Assembly: GCA_040954595.2 (NCBI GenBank)
Contig: CM082596.2
Coordinates: 11,090,454-11,154,453 of the forward strand
Length of the DNA: 64,000 bases
Reading direction: 5' to 3'
DNA from: Balanoglossus misakiensis
Lineage: Eukaryota; Animalia; Hemichordata
Shown here piece after piece: positions 27,301-42,300 of this stretch. The notes beneath the pieces are model-generated. The model ran no database searches. It was not told the origin of the DNA and saw only the letters and a program-made list of their open reading frames with translations. Every line of letters begins with the position of its first letter. The first letter of the stretch is position 1. Made by a program: the position numbers and the translations under genes.

Positions 27301-30300
27301 AATAATTTAATTTCTTACATCATAAATGAAATTCAAAGAATGGTCAAATAACGGGCCATGTTTTACTAAAAAGACTTAATATGTATAGTTTGAAGGCTTT
27401 GTTTTGGAATAACGAATTCTCTCCAAGATTTAAGTTGAACAGTTACAGAATGAAAACAAATATTCAAATAGTTATGCTGGAATGTTGTAAGGGATAGTTT
27501 AATATTGCAAATAATTTAATTTCTTACATCATAAATGAAATTCAAAGAATGGTCAAATAACGGGCCATGTTTTACTAAAAAGACTTATGTATAGTTTCAA
27601 GGCTTTGTTTTGGAATAACGAATTCTCTACAAGATTTAAGTGGAACAGTCACAGAATGAAAACAAATATGGAAAGAGTTATGCCGGAATGTTGTAAGGAA
27701 TAGATTAACATTGCAAATAATTTAATTTCTTACATCATAAATGGAATTCAAAGAAAGGTCACGTAACAGGATATGTATAGTTTCAAGCCTTTGTTTTGGA
27801 GTAACGAATTCTCTACAAGATTTAAGTGGAACAGTCACAGAATGAAAACAAATATGGAAAGAGTTATGATGAAATGTTGTAAGGGATAGATTAATATTGC
27901 AAATAATTGAATTCCTTACATCATAAAATGAATTCAAAGAATGGTGACATAACAGGATATGTTTTACTAAAAAGACTTATGTTATAGTTTCAAGGCTTTG
28001 TTTTGGAATAACGAATTCTCTACAAGATTTAATTGGAACAGTCACAGAATGAAAACAAATATGGAAAGCGTTATGCTGGAATGTTGTAAGGGATAGATTA
28101 ATATTGCAAAAAATTTAATTTCTTACATCATAAATGGAATTCAAAGAATGGTCACATAACTGGATATGTTTTACTAAAAAGACTTATGTATAGGTTCAAG
28201 AATTTGTGTTGAAATACCAAATTCTCTACAAGATTTAAGTGGAACAGTCACAGAATGAAAACAAATATGGAAAGAGTTATGTCGGAATGTTGTAAGGGAT
28301 AGATTAATATTGTAAATAATTTAATTTCTTACATCATAAATGGAATTCAAAGAATGGTCACATGACGGGCCATGTTTTACTAAAAAGACTTATGTATAGT
28401 TTCAAGGCTTTGTTTGGAATAACGAATTCTCTCCAAGATTTAAGTTGAACAGTTACAGAATGAAAACAAATATTCAAATAGTTATGCTGGAATGTTGTAA
28501 GGGATAGTTTAATATTGCAAATAATTTAATTTCTTACATCATAAATGAAATTCAAAGAATGGTCAAATAACGGGCCATGTTTTACTAAAAAGACTTAATA
28601 TGTATAGTTGAAGGCTTTGTTTTGGAATAACGAATTCTCTACAAGATTTAAGTGGAACAGTCACAGAATGAAAACATATATGGAAAGCGTTATGCCGGAA
28701 TGTTGTAAGGGATAGATAATTATTGCAAATAATTTAATTTCTTACATCATAAATGGAAACCAAAGAATGGTCACATAACGGGCCATGTTTTACAAAAAGA
28801 CTTATGTATAGTTTCAAGGCTTTGTTTTGGAATAACGAATTCTCTACAAGATTTAAGTGGAATAGTCACAGAATGAAAACAAATATGGAAAGAGTTATGC
28901 TGGAATGTTGTAAGGGATAGATTAATATTGCAAATAATTTAATTTCTTACATCATAAAATGAATTCAAAGAATGGTCACATAACAGGATATGTTTTACGA
29001 AAAAGACTTATGTTATAGTTTCAAGGCTTTGTTTTGGAATAACGAATTCTCTACAAGATTTAAGTGGAACAGTCACAGAATGAAAACAAATATGGAAAGA
29101 GTTATGCCGGAATGTTGTAAGGAATAGATTAATATTGCAAATAATTTAATTTCTTACATCATAAATGGAATTCAAAGAAAGGTCACGAAACAGGATATGT
29201 ATAGTTTCAAGCCTTTGTTTTGGAGTAACGAATTCTCTACAAGATTTAACTGGAACAGTCACAGAACGAAAACAAATATGGAAAGAGTTATGCTGAAATG
29301 TTGTAAGGGATAGATTAATATTGCATAAAATTTAATTTCTTACATCATAAATGGAATTCAAAGAATGGTCACATAACTGGATATGTTTTACTAAAAAGAC
29401 TTATGTATAGGTTCAAGAATTTGTGTTGAAATACCAAATTCTCTACAAGATTTAAGTGGAACAGTCACAGAATGAAAACAAATATGGAAAGAGATATGTC
29501 GGAATGTTGTAAGGGATAGATAATTATTGCAAATAATTTAATTTCTTACATCATAAATGGAAACCAAAGAATGGTCACATAACGGGCCATGTTTTACAAA
29601 AAGACTTATGTATAGTTTCAAGGCTTTGTTTTGGAATAACGAATTCTCTACAAGATTTAAGTGGAATAGTCACAGAATGAAAACAAATAACGAAAGAGTT
29701 ATGCTGGAATGTTGTAAGGGATAGATTAATATTGCAAATAATTTAATTTCTTACATCATAAAATGAATTCAAAGAATGGTCACATAACAGGATATGTTTT
29801 ACGAAAAAGACTTATGTTATAGTTTCAAGGCTTTGTTTTGGAATAACGAATTATCTACAAGATTTAAGTGGAACAGTCACAGAATGAAAACAAATATGGA
29901 AAGAGTTATGCCGGAATGTTGTAAGGAATAGATTAATATTGCAAATAGTTTAATTTCTTACATCATAAATGGAATTCAAAGAAAGGTCACGTAACAGGAT
30001 ATATATAATTTCAAGCCTTTGTTTTGGATTAACGAATTCTCTACAAGATTTAAGTGGAACAGTCACAGAATGAAAACAAATATTCAAATAGTTATGCTGG
30101 AATGTTGTAAGGGATAGTTTAATATTGCATATAATTTAATTTCTTACATCATAAATGAAATTCAAAGAATGGTCAAATCACAGGCCATGTTTTACTAAAA
30201 AGATTTATATATAGTTTCAAGGCTGTGTTTTGGAATAACGAATTCTCTACAAGAATTAAGTGGAACAGTCACAGAATGAAAACAAATATGGAAAGCGTTA

Positions 30301-33300
30301 TGCCGGAATGTTGTAAGGGATAGATTAATATTGCAAATAATTTAATTTCTTACATCATAAAATGAATTCAAAGAATGGTCACATAACAGGATATGTTTTA
30401 CTAAAAAGACTTATGTTATAGTTTCAAGGCTTTGTTTTGGAATAACGAATTCTCTACAAGATTTAAGTGGAACAGTCACAGAATGAAAACAAATATGGAA
30501 AGAGTTATGCCGGAATGTTGTAAGGAATAGATTAATATTGCAAATAATTTAATTTCTTACATCATAAATGGAATTCAAAGAAACGTCACGTAACAGGATA
30601 TGTATAGTTTCAAGGCTTTGTTTTGGAATAACGAATTCTCTACAAGATTTAAGTGGAACAGTCACAGAATGAAAACAAATATTCAAATAGTTATGCTGGA
30701 ATGTTGTAAATGATAGTTTAATATTGCAAATAATTTAATTTCTTATATCATAAATGGAATTCAAAGAATGGTCACATAACGGGCCATGTTTTAGTAAAAA
30801 GACTTATGTATAGTTGCAAGGCTTTGTTTTGGAATAACGAATTCTCTACAAGATTTAAGTTGAACAGTTACAGAATGAAAATAAATATTCAAATAGTTAT
30901 GCTGGAATGTTGTAAGGGATAGTTTAATATTGCAAATAATTTAATTTCTTACATCATAAATGAAATTCAAAGAATGGTCACATAACGGGCCATGTTTTAC
31001 AAAAAAGACTTATGTATAGTTTCAAGGCTTTGTTTTGGAATAACGAATTCTCTACAAGATTTAAGTTGAACAGTTACAGAATGAAAATAAATATTCAAAT
31101 AGTTATGCTGGAATGTTGTAAATGATAGTTTAATATTGCAAATAATTTAATTTCTTACATCATAAAATGAATTCAAAGAATGGTCACATAACAGGATATG
31201 TTTTACTAAAAAGACTTATGTTATAGTTTCAAGGCTTTGTTTTGGAATAACGAATTCTCTACAAGATTTAAGTGGAACATGCAGTCACAAAATGAAAACA
31301 AATATGGAAAGAGTTATGCTGAAATGTTGTAAGGGATAGATTAATATTGCAAATAATTTAATTTCTTACATCATAAATGGAATTCAAAGAATGGTCACAT
31401 AACGGGCCATGTTTTACTAAAAAGACTTATGTATAGTTTCAAGGCTTTGTTTTGGAATAACGAATTCTCTACAAGATTTAAGTGGAACAGTCATAGAATG
31501 AAAACAAATATGGAAAGAGTTATGCTGGAATGTTGTAAGGGATAGATTAATATTGCAAATAATTTAATTTCTTACATCATAAAATGAATTCAAAGAATGG
31601 TCACATAACAGGATATGTTTTACTAAAAAGACTTATGTATAGTTTCAAGGCTTTGTTTTGGAATAACGAATTCTCTACAAGATTTAAGTGGAACATTCAC
31701 AGAATGAAAACAAATATGGAAAGAGTTATGCCGGAATGTTGTAAGGAATAGATTAATATTGCAAATAATTTAATTTCTTACATCATAAATGGAATTCAAA
31801 GAAACGTCACGTAACAGGATATGTATAGTTTCAAGGCTTTGTTTTGGAAAAACGAATTCTCTACAAGATTTAAGTGGAACAGTCACAGAATGAAAACAAA
31901 TATGGAAAGAGTTATGCTGAAATGTTGTAAGGGATAGATTTATATTGCATAAAATTTAATTTCTTACATCATAAATGGAATTCAAAGAAAAGTCACGTAA
32001 CAGGATATGTATAGTTTCAAGCCTTTGTTTTGGAGTAACGAATTCTCTACAAGATTTAAGTGGAACAGTCACAGAATGAAAACAAATATGGAAAGAGTTA
32101 TGCTGAAATGTTGTAAGGGATAGATTAACATTGCATAAAATTTAATTTCTTACATCATAAATGGAATTCAAAGAATGGTCACATAACTGGATATGTTTTT
32201 CTAAAAAGACTTATGTTATAGTTTCAAGGCTTTGTTTTGGAATAACGAATTCTCTACAAGATTTAAGTGGAACAGTCACAGAATGAAAACAAATATGGAA
32301 AGCGTTATGCCGGAATGTAGTAAGGGATAGATTAATATTGCAAATAATTTAATTTCTTACATCATAAAATGAATTCAAAGAATGGTCACATAACAGGATA
32401 TGTTTTACTAAAAAGACTTATGTTATAGTTTCAAGGCTTTGTTTTGGAATAACGAATTCTCTACAAGATTTAAGTGGAACAGTCACAGAATGAAAACAAA
32501 TATGGAAAGAGTTATGCCGGAATGTTGTAAGGAATAGAGTAATATTGCAAATAATTTTATTTCTTACATCATAAATGGAATTCAAAGAAACGTCACGTAA
32601 CAGGATATGTATAGTTTCAAGGCTTTGTTTTGGAATAACGAATTCTCTACAAGATTTAAGTGGAACAGTCACAGAATGAAAACAAATATGGAAATAGTTA
32701 TGCTGGAATGTTGTAAGGGATAGATTAATATTGCAAAAAATTTAATTTCTTACATCATAAATGGAATTCAAAGAAAGGTCACGTAACATGATATGTATAG
32801 TTTTTAAGCCTTTGTTTTGGAGTAACGAATTCTCTACAAGATTTAAGTGGAACACTCACAGAATGAAAACAAATATGGAAAGAGTTATGCTGAAATGTTG
32901 TAAGGGATAGATTAACATTGCATAAAATTTAATTTCTTACATCATAAATGGAATTCAAAGAATGGTCACATAACTGGATATGTTTTACTAAAAAGACTTA
33001 TGTATAGGTTCAAGAATTTATGTTGAAATACCAAATTCTCCACAAGATTTAAGTGGAACAGTCACGGAATGAAAACAAATATAGAAAGAGTTATGCCGGA
33101 ATGTTGTAAGGGATAGATTAATATTGCAAATAATTTAATTTCTTATATCATAAATGGAATTCAAAGAATGGTCACATAACGGGCCATGTTTTAGTAAAAA
33201 GACTTATGTATAGTTTCAAGGCTTTGTTTTTGGAATAACGAATTCTCTACAAGATTTAAGTTGAACAGTTACAGAATGAAAAGAAATATTCAAATAGTTA

Positions 33301-36300
33301 TGCTGGAATGTTGTAAGGGATAGTTTAATATTGCAAATAATTTAATTTCTTACATCATAAATGAAATTCAAAGAATGGTCAAATCACGGGCCATGTTTTA
33401 CTAAAAAGACTCATATATAGTTTCATGGCTTTTTTTGGAATAACGAATTCTCTACAAGATTTAAGTGGAACAGTCACATAATGAAAACAAATATGGAAAG
33501 CGTTATGCCGGAATGTTGTAAGGGATAGATTAATATTGCAAATAATTTAATTTCTTACATCATAAAATGAATTCAAAGAATGGTCACATAACAGGATATG
33601 TTTTACTAAAAAGACTTATGGTATAGTTTCAAGGCTTTGTTTTGGAATAACGAATTCTCTACAAGATTTAAGTGGAACAGTCACAGAATGTAAACAAATA
33701 TGGAAAGAGTTATGCCGGAATGTTGTAAGGAATAGATTAATATTGCAAATAATTTAATTTCTTACATCATAAATGGAATTCAAATAATGGTCACATAACA
33801 GGATATGTTTTACTAAAAAGACTTATGTATAGGTTCAAGAATTTGTGTTGAAATACCAAATTCTCTACAAGATTTAAGTGGAACAGTCACAGAATGAAAA
33901 CAAATATAGAAAGAGTTATGCCTGAATGTTGTAAGGGATAGATTAATATTGCAAATAATTTAATTTCTCGTATCATAAATGGAATTCGAAGAATGGTCAC
34001 ATAACGGGCCATGTTTTAGTAAAAAGACTTATGTATAGTTTCAAGGCTTTGTTTTGGAATAACGAATTCTCTCCAAGATTTAAGTTGAACAGTTACAGAA
34101 TGAAAACAAATATTCAAATAGTTATGTTGGAATGTTGTAAGGGATAGTTTAATATTGCAAATAATTTAATTTCTTACATCATAAATGAAATTCAAAGAAT
34201 GGTCAAATAACGGGCCCTGTTTTACTAAAAAGACTTAATATGTATAGTTTGAAGGCTTTGTTTTGGAATAACGAATTCTCTACAAGATTTAAGTGGAACA
34301 GTCACAGAATGAAAACAAATATAGAAAGAGTTATGTCGGAATGTTGTAAGGGATAGATTAATATTGCAAATAATTTAATTTCTTACATCATAAATGGAAT
34401 TCAAAGAAATGTCACGTAACAGGATATGTATAGTTTCAAGGATTTGTTTTGGAATAACGAATTCTCTACAAGATTTAAGTGGAACAGTCACAGAATGAAA
34501 ACAAATATGGAAAGAGTTATGCTGGAATGTTGTAAGGGATAGATTAATATTGCAAAAAAATTAATTTCTTACATCATAAATGGAATTCAAAGACTGGTCA
34601 CGTAACAGGATATGTATAGTTTCAAGCCTTTGTTTTGGAGTAACGAATTCTCTACAAGATTTAAGTGGAACAGTCACAGAATGAAAACAAATATGGAAAG
34701 AGTTATGCTGAAATGTTGTAAGAAATATGGAAAGAGTTATGCTGAAATGTTGTAAGGGATAGATTAATATTGCATACAATTTAATTCCTTACATCATAAA
34801 TGGAATTCAAATAATGGTCACATAACAGGATATGTTTTACTAAAAAGACTTATGTATAGGTTCAAGAATTTGTGTTGAAATACCAAATTCTCTACAAGAT
34901 TTAAGTGGAACAGTCACAGAATGAAAACAAATATAGAAAAATTTATGCCTGAATGTTGTAAGGGATAGATTAATATTGCAAATAATTGAATTACTTATAT
35001 CATAAATGGAATTCAAAGAATGGTCACATAACGGGCCATGTTTTAGTAAAAAGACTTATGTATAGTTTCAAGGCTTTGTTTTGGAATAACGAATTCTCTC
35101 CAAGATTTAAGTTGAACAGTTACAGAATGAAAACAAATATTCAAATAGTTATGTTGGAATGTTGTAAGGGATAGTTTAATATTGCAAATAATTTAATTTC
35201 TTACATCATAAATGAAATTCAAAGAATGGTCAAATAACGGGCCCTGTTTTACTAAAAAGACTTAATATGTATAGTTTGAAGGCTTTGTTTTGGAATAACG
35301 AATTCTCTACAAGATTTAAGTAGAACAGTCACAGAATGAAAACAAATATGGAAAGAGTTATGTCGGAATGCTATAAGGGATAGATTCATATTGCAAATAA
35401 TTTAATTTCTTACATCATAAATGGAATTCAAAGAAACGACATGTAACAGGATATGTATAGTTTCAAGGCTTTGTTTTGGAATAACGAATTCTCTACAAGA
35501 TTTAAGTGGAACAGTCACAGAATGAAAACAAATATGGAAAGAGTTATGTCGGAATGTTGTAAGGGATAGATTAATATTGCAAATAATTTAATTTCTTACA
35601 TCATAAATGGAATTCAAAGAATGGTCACATAACGGCCCATGTTTTACTAAAAAGACTTATGTATAGTTTCAAGGCTTTGTTTTGGAATAACGAATACTCT
35701 CCAAGATTTAAGTTGAACAGTTACAGAATGAAAACAAATATTCAAATAGTTATGCCAGAATGTTGTAAGGGATAGATTAATATTGCAAATAATTTAATTT
35801 CTTACATCATAAATGGAATTCAAAGAATGGTCACATAACGGGCCATGTTTTACAAAAAGACTTTTGTATAGTTTCAAGGCTTTGTTTTGGAATAACGAAT
35901 TCTCTACAAGATTTAAGTGGAACAGTCACAGAATGAAAACAAATATGGAAAGAGTTATGTCGGTATGTTGTAAGGGATAGATTAATATTGCAAATAATTT
36001 AATTTCTTACATCATAAATGGAATTCAAAGAATGGTCACATAACGGGCCATGTTTTACTAAAAAGACTTATGTATAGTTTCAAGGCTTTGTTTTGGAATA
36101 ACGAATTCTCTCCAAGATTTAAGTTGAACAGTTACAGAATGAAAACAAATATTCAAATAGTTATGCCAGAATGTTGAAAGGGATAGATTAATATTGCAAA
36201 TAATTTAATTTCTTACATCATAAATGGAATTCAAAGAATGGTCACATAACGGGCCATGTTTTACAAAAAGACTTTTGTATAGTTTCAAGGCTTTGTTTTG

Positions 36301-39300
36301 GAATAACGAATTCTCTACAGGATTTAAGTGGAACAGTCACAGAATAAAAACAAATATGGAAAGAGTTATGCTGGAATGTTGTAAGGGATAGATTAATATT
36401 GCAAATAATTTAATTTCTTACATCATAAAATGAATTCAAAGAATGGTCACATAACAGGATATGTTTTACTAAAAAGACTTATGTATAGTTACAAGGCTTT
36501 GTTTTGGAATAACGAATTCTCTACAAGATTTAAGTGGAACAGTCACAGAATGAAAACAAATATGGAAAGAGTTATGCTGGAATGTTATAAGGGATAGATT
36601 AATATTGCAAATAATTTAATTTCTTACATCATAAAATAAATTCAAAGAATGGTCACATAACAGGATATGTTTTACTAAAAAGACTTATGTTATAGTTTCA
36701 AGGCTTTGTTTTGGAATAACGAATTCTCTACAAGATTTAAGTGGAACAGTCACAGAATGAAAAGAAAATATGGAAAGAGTTATGCCGGAATGTTGTAAGG
36801 AATAGATTAATATTGCAAATAATTTAATTTCTTACATCATAAATGGAATTCAAAGAAACGTCACGTAACAGGATATGTATCGTTTCAAGGCTTTGTTTTG
36901 GAATAACGAATTCTCTACAAGATTTAAGTGGAACAGTCACAGAATGAAAACAAATATGGAAAGAGAATGTTGTAAGGAATAGATTAATATTGCAAATAAT
37001 TTAATTTCTTACATCATAAATGGAATTCAAAGAAACGTCACGTAACAGGATATGTATCGTTTCAAGGCTTTGTTTTGGAATAACGAATTCTCTACAAGAT
37101 TTAAGTGGAACAGTCACAGAATGAAAACAAATATGGAAAGAGAATGTTGTAAGGAATAGATTAATATTGCAAATAATTTAATTTCTTACATCATAAATGG
37201 AATTCAAAGAAACGTCACGTAACAGGATATGTATCGTTTCAAGGCTTTGTTTTGGAATAACGAATTCTCTACAAGATTTAAGTGGAATAGTCACAGAATG
37301 AAAACAAATATGGAAAGAGTTATGTCGGTATGTTGTAAGGGATAGATTAATATTGCAAATAATTTAATTTCTTACATCATAAATGGAATTCAAAGAATGG
37401 TCACATAACGGGCCATGTTTTACTAAAAAGACTTATGTATAGTTTCAAGGCTTTGTTTTGGAATAACGAATTCTCTCCAAGATTTAAGTTGAACAGTTAC
37501 AGAATGAAAACAAATATTCAAATAGTTATGCCAGAATGTTGTAAGGGATAGATTAATATTGCAAATAATTTAATTTCTTACATCATAAATGGAATTCAAA
37601 GAATGGTCACATAACGGGCCATGTTTTACAAAAAGACTTTTGTATAGTTTCAAGGCTTTGTTTTGGAATAACGAATTCTCTACAGGATTTAAGTGGAACA
37701 GTCACAGAATGAAAACGAATATGGAAAGAGTTATGCTGGAATGTTGTAAGGGATAGATTAATATTGCAAATAATTTAATTTCTTACATCATAAAATGAAT
37801 TCAAAGAATGGTCACATAACAGGATATGTTTTACTAAAAAGACTTATGTATAGTTACAAGGCTTTGTTTTGGAATAACGAATTCTCTACAAGATTTAAGT
37901 GGAACAGTCACAGAATGAAAACAAATATGGAAAGAGTTATGCTGGAATGTTATAAGGGATAGATTAATATTGCAAATAATTTAATTTCTTACATCATAAA
38001 ATAAATTCAAAGAATGGTCACATAACAGGATATGTTTTACTAAAAAGACTTATGTTATAGTTTCAAGGCTTTGTTTTGGAATAACGAATTCTCTACAAGA
38101 TTTAAGTGGAACAGTCACAGAATGAAAACAAATATGGAAAGAGTTATGCCGGAATGTTGTAAGGAATAGATTAATATTGCAAATAATTTAATTTCTTACA
38201 TCATAAATGGAATTCAAAGAAACGTCACGTAACAGGATATGTATCGTTTCAAGGCTTTGTTTTGGAATAACGAATTCTCTACAAGATTTAAGTGGAACAG
38301 TCACAGAATGAAAACAAATATGGAAAGAGTTATGCCGGAATGTTGTAAGGAATAGATTAATATTGCAAATAATTTAATTTCTTACATCATAAATGGAATT
38401 CAAAGAAACGTCACGTAACAGGATATGTATCGTTTGAAGGCTTTGTTTTGGAATAACGAATTCTCTACAAGATTTAAGTGGAACAGTCACAGAATGAAAA
38501 CAAATATGGAAAGAGAATGTTGTAAGGAATAGATTAATATTGCAAATAATTTAATTTCTTACATCATAAATGGAATTCAAAGAAACGTCACGTAACAGGA
38601 TATGTATCGTTTCAAGGCTTTGTTTTGGAATAACGAATTCTCTACAAGATTTAAGTGGAACAGTCACAGAATGAAAACAAATATGGAAAGAGTTATGTCG
38701 GTATGTTGTAAGGGATAGATTAATATTGCAAATAATTTAATTTCTTACATCATAAATGGAATTCAAAGAATGGTCACATAACGGGCCATGTTTTACTAAA
38801 AAGACTTATGTATAGTTTCAAGGCTTTGTTTTGGAATAACGAATTCTCTCCAAGATTTAAGTTGAACAGTTACAGAATGAAAACAAATATTCAAATAGTT
38901 ATGCCAGAATGTTGTAAGGGATAGATTAATATTGCAAATAATTTAATTTCTTACATCATAAATGGAATTCAAAGAATGGTCACATAACGGGCCATGTTTT
39001 ACAAAAAGACTTTTGTATAGTTTCAAGGCTTTGTTTTGGAATAACGAATTCTCTACAGGATTTAAGTGGAACAGTCACAGAATGAAAACGAATATGGAAA
39101 GAGTTATGCTGGAATGTTGTAAGGGATAGATTAATATTGCAAATAATTTAATTTCTTACATCATAAAATGAATTCAAAGAATGGTCACATAACAGGATAT
39201 GTTTTACTAAAAAGATTTATGTATAGTTACAAGGCTTTGTTTTGGAATAACGAATTCTCTACAAGATTTAAGTGGAACAGTCACAGAATGAAAACAAATA

Positions 39301-42300
39301 TGGAAAGAGTTATGCTGGAATGTTATAAGGAATAGATTAATATTGCAAATAATTTAATTTCTTACATCATAAAATAAATTCAAAGAATGGTCACATAACA
39401 GGATATGTTTTACTAAAAAGACTTATGTTATAGTTTCAAGGCTTTGTTTTGGAATAACGAATTCTCTACAAGATTTAAGTGGAACAGTCACAGAATGAAA
39501 ACAAATATGGAAAGAGTTATGCCGGAATGTTGTAAGGAATAGATTAATATTGCAAATAATTTAATTTCTTACATCATAAATGGAATTCAAAGAAACGTCA
39601 CGTAACAGGATATGTATCGTTTCAAGGCTTTGTTTAGGAATAACGAATTCTCTACAAGATTTAAGTGGAACAGTCACAGAATGAACACAAATATGGAAAG
39701 AGTTATGTCGGTATGTTGTAAGGGATAGATTAATATTGCAAATAATTTAATTTCTTACATCATAAATGGAATTCAAAGAATGGTCACATAACGGGCCATG
39801 TTTTACAAAAAGACTTTTGTATAGTTTCAAGGCTTTGTTTTGGAATAACGAATTCTCTACAGGATTTAAGTGGAACAGTCACAGAATGAAAACAAATATG
39901 GAAAGAGTTATGCTGGAATGTTGTAAGGGATAGATTAATATTGCAAATAATTTAATTTCTTACATCATAAAATGAATTCAAAGAATGGTCACATAACAGG
40001 ATATGTTTTACTAAAAAGACTTATGTATAGTTACAAGGCTTTGTTTTGGAATAACGAATTCTCTACAAGATTTAAGTGGAACAGTCACAGAATGAAAACA
40101 AATATGGAAAGAGTTATGCTGGAATGTTATAAGGGATAGATTAATATTGCAAATAATTTAATTTCTTACATCATAAAATGAATTCAAAGAATGGTCACAT
40201 AACAGGATATGTTTTACTAAAAAGATTTATGTATAGTTACAAGGCTTTGTTTTGGAATAACGAATTCTCTACAAGATTTAAGTGGAACAGTCACAGAATG
40301 AAAACAAATATGGAAAGAGTTATGCTGGAATGTTATAAGGGATAGATTAATATTGCAAATAATTTAATTTCTTACATCATAAAATAAATTCAAAGAATGG
40401 TCACATAACAGGATATGTTTTACTAAAAAGACTTATGTTATAGTTTCAAGGCTTTGTTTTGGAATAACGAACTCTCTACAAGATTTAAGTGGAACAGTCA
40501 CAGAATGAAAACAAATATGGAAAGAGTTATGTCGGTATGTTGTAAGGGATAGATTAATATTGCAAATAATTTAATTTCTTACATCATAAATGGAATTCAA
40601 AGAATGGTCACATAACGGGCCATGTTTTACTAAAAAGACTTATGTATAGTTTCAAGGCTTTGTTTTGGAATAACGAATTCTCTCCAAGATTTAAGTTGAA
40701 CAGTTACAGAATGAAAACAAATATTCAAATAGTTATGCCAGAATGTTAAAAGGGATAGATTAATATTGCAAATAATTTAATTTCTTACATCATAAATGGA
40801 ATTCAAAGAATGGTCACATAACGGGCCATGTTTTACAAAAAGACTTTTGTATAGTTTCAAGGCTTTGTTTTGGAATAACGAATTCTCTACAGGATTTAAG
40901 TGGAACAGTCACAGAATGAAAACAAATATGGAAAGAGTTATGCTGGAATGTTGTAAGGGATAGATTAATATTGCAAATAATTTAATTTCTTACATCATAA
41001 AATGAATTCAAAGAATGGTCACATAACAGGATATGTTTTACTAAAAAGACTTATGTATTGTTACAAGGCTTTGTTTTGGAATAACGAATTCTCTACAAGA
41101 TTTAAGTGGAACAGTCACAGAATGAAAACAAATATGGAAAGAGTTATGCTGGAATGTTATAAGGGATAGATTAATATTGCAAATAATTTAATTTCTTACA
41201 TCATAAAATAAATTCAAAGAATGGTCACATAACAGGATATGTTTTACTAAAAAGACTTATGTTATAGTTTCAAGGCTTTGTTTTGGAATAACGAATTCTC
41301 TACAAGATTTAAGTGGAACAGTCACAGAATGAAAACAAATATGGAAAGAGTTATGCCGGAATGTTGTAAGGAATAGATTAATATTGCAAATAATTTAATT
41401 TCTTACATCATAAATGGAATTCAAAGAAACGTCACGTAACAGGATATGTATCGTTTCAAGGCTTTGTTTTGGAATAACGAATTCTCTACAAGATTTAAGT
41501 GGAACAGTCACAGAATGAAAACAAATATGGAAAGAGTTATGCCGGAATGTTGTAAGGAATAGATTAATATTGCAAATAATTTAATTTCTTACATCATAAA
41601 TGGAATTCAAAGAAACGTCACGTAACAGGATATGTATCGTTTCAAGGCTTTGTTTTGGAATAACGAATTCTCTACAAGATTTAAGTGGAACAGTCACAGA
41701 ATGAAAACAAATATGGAAAGAGAATGTTGTAAGGAATAGATTAATATTGCAAATAATTTAATTTCTTACATCATAAATGGAATTCAAAGAAACGTCACGT
41801 AACAGGATATGTATCGTTTCAAGGCTTTGTTTTGGAATAACGAATTCTCTACAAGATTTAAGTGGAACAGTTACAGAATGAAAACAAATATTCAAATAGT
41901 TATGCCAGAATGTTGTAAGGGATAGATTAATATTGCAAATAATTTAATTTCTTACATCATAAATGGAATTCAAAGAATGGTCACATAACGGGCCATGTTT
42001 TACAAAAAGACTTTTGTATAGTTTCAAGGCTTTGTTTTGGAATAACGAATTCTCTACAGGATTTAAGTGGAACAGTCACAGAATGAAAACGAATATGGAA
42101 AGAGTTATGCTGGAATGTTGTAAGGGATAGATTAATATTGCAAATAATTTAATTTCTTACATCATAAAATGAATTCAAAGAATGGTCACATAACAGGATA
42201 TGTTTTACTAAAAAGACTTATGTATAGTTACAAGGCTTTGTTTTGGAATAACGTATTCTCTACAAGATTTAAGTGGAACAGTCACAGAATGAAAACAAAT

